Source: Dehalococcoidia bacterium
Lineage (GTDB): Bacteria > Chloroflexota > Dehalococcoidia > Plut-88900
Direction: 5' to 3'
Assembly: GCA_965207225.1 (NCBI GenBank)
Contig: CBDBLV010000002.1
Span: forward strand, 256,001-320,000
DNA: 64,000 nt
The notes under the pieces were generated by a model, which had not been told where the DNA came from, searched no databases, and worked only from the letters and a program-made list of their open reading frames with translations. Shown in pieces: positions 63,671 to 64,000 of the stretch. Position 1 is the first letter of the stretch; every line of letters starts with the position of its first letter. The translations under genes and the position numbers were made by a program.

Positions 63671-64000
63671 ATGCCTTCACCAGCCCTCACCCCCGACAAG
63701 CTGATAGTTAACGCTAACGTCATCACCGTTGACTCCAGAGTCTCGCGGGCCGAGGCCCTCGCCATCAAGAACGGCAAGTTCGTAGCTGTGGGTCGGAACG
63801 AGGACGTGGAACACCTGGCCGGGCCGGGCACCCAGGTGCTCAATCTTGGAGGCAAGACGGTATTGCCCGGCTTCATAGACGCCCATATCCACGTGATGAG
63901 CACGGGGTGCAAAGTCTCATCCCGCATGGTCGACTGCGAACTCCCGACGATTGGCCTCGTCCAGGAAGAGCTGAGGCTCAAGGCCCGGGAGACACCCAAC
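63671..64000 (+). CDS. Second YtcJ-like amidohydrolase (runs off window end)
   Basis: Translated by hand: MPSPALTPDKLIVNANVITVDS...GKTVLPGFIDAHIH. Confidence 0.85.
   Translation, partial: MPSPALTPDKLIVNANVITVDSRVSRAEALAIKNGKFVAVGRNEDVEHLAGPGTQVLNLGGKTVLPGFIDAHIHVMSTGCKVSSRMVDCELPTIGLVQEELRLKARETPN

Overview
High-GC bacterial chromosome segment, most likely Chloroflexota (Dehalococcoidia, SAR202-like). This is inferred from gene order (rpsO-pnp-dapB-asd-dapA; rpsA-clpC-radA; tRNAs-tuf-rpmG-secE-nusG-rplKAJL) and from many paralog-family catabolic enzymes (LLM oxidoreductase, four amidohydrolases, amidase, GGT, class III aminotransferase, GcvT-type dehydrogenase). Most of the window is core or housekeeping. 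One intact IS1380-family element (18-bp TIRs, 5-bp TSD) splits a DCC1/DUF393 gene that can be rejoined in frame. The least explained part is the 1.6-kb rpsO-rpsA intergenic region. It holds a two-hairpin repeat family whose second stem changes sequence but stays paired, a repeat-flanked segment with promoter, LexA-like box and SD but no intact ORF, phased 10-mer repeats, and a long irregular hairpin. Other points: two divergent genes appear to need ATT and ATA start codons; larE-methyltransferase-larC lacks larA/larB; oadG/oadB lacks the alpha subunit; an amidase has a GatC-like partner but no gatB. No CRISPR, rRNA or prophage was seen. All product calls come from motif recognition by eye, not database searches.
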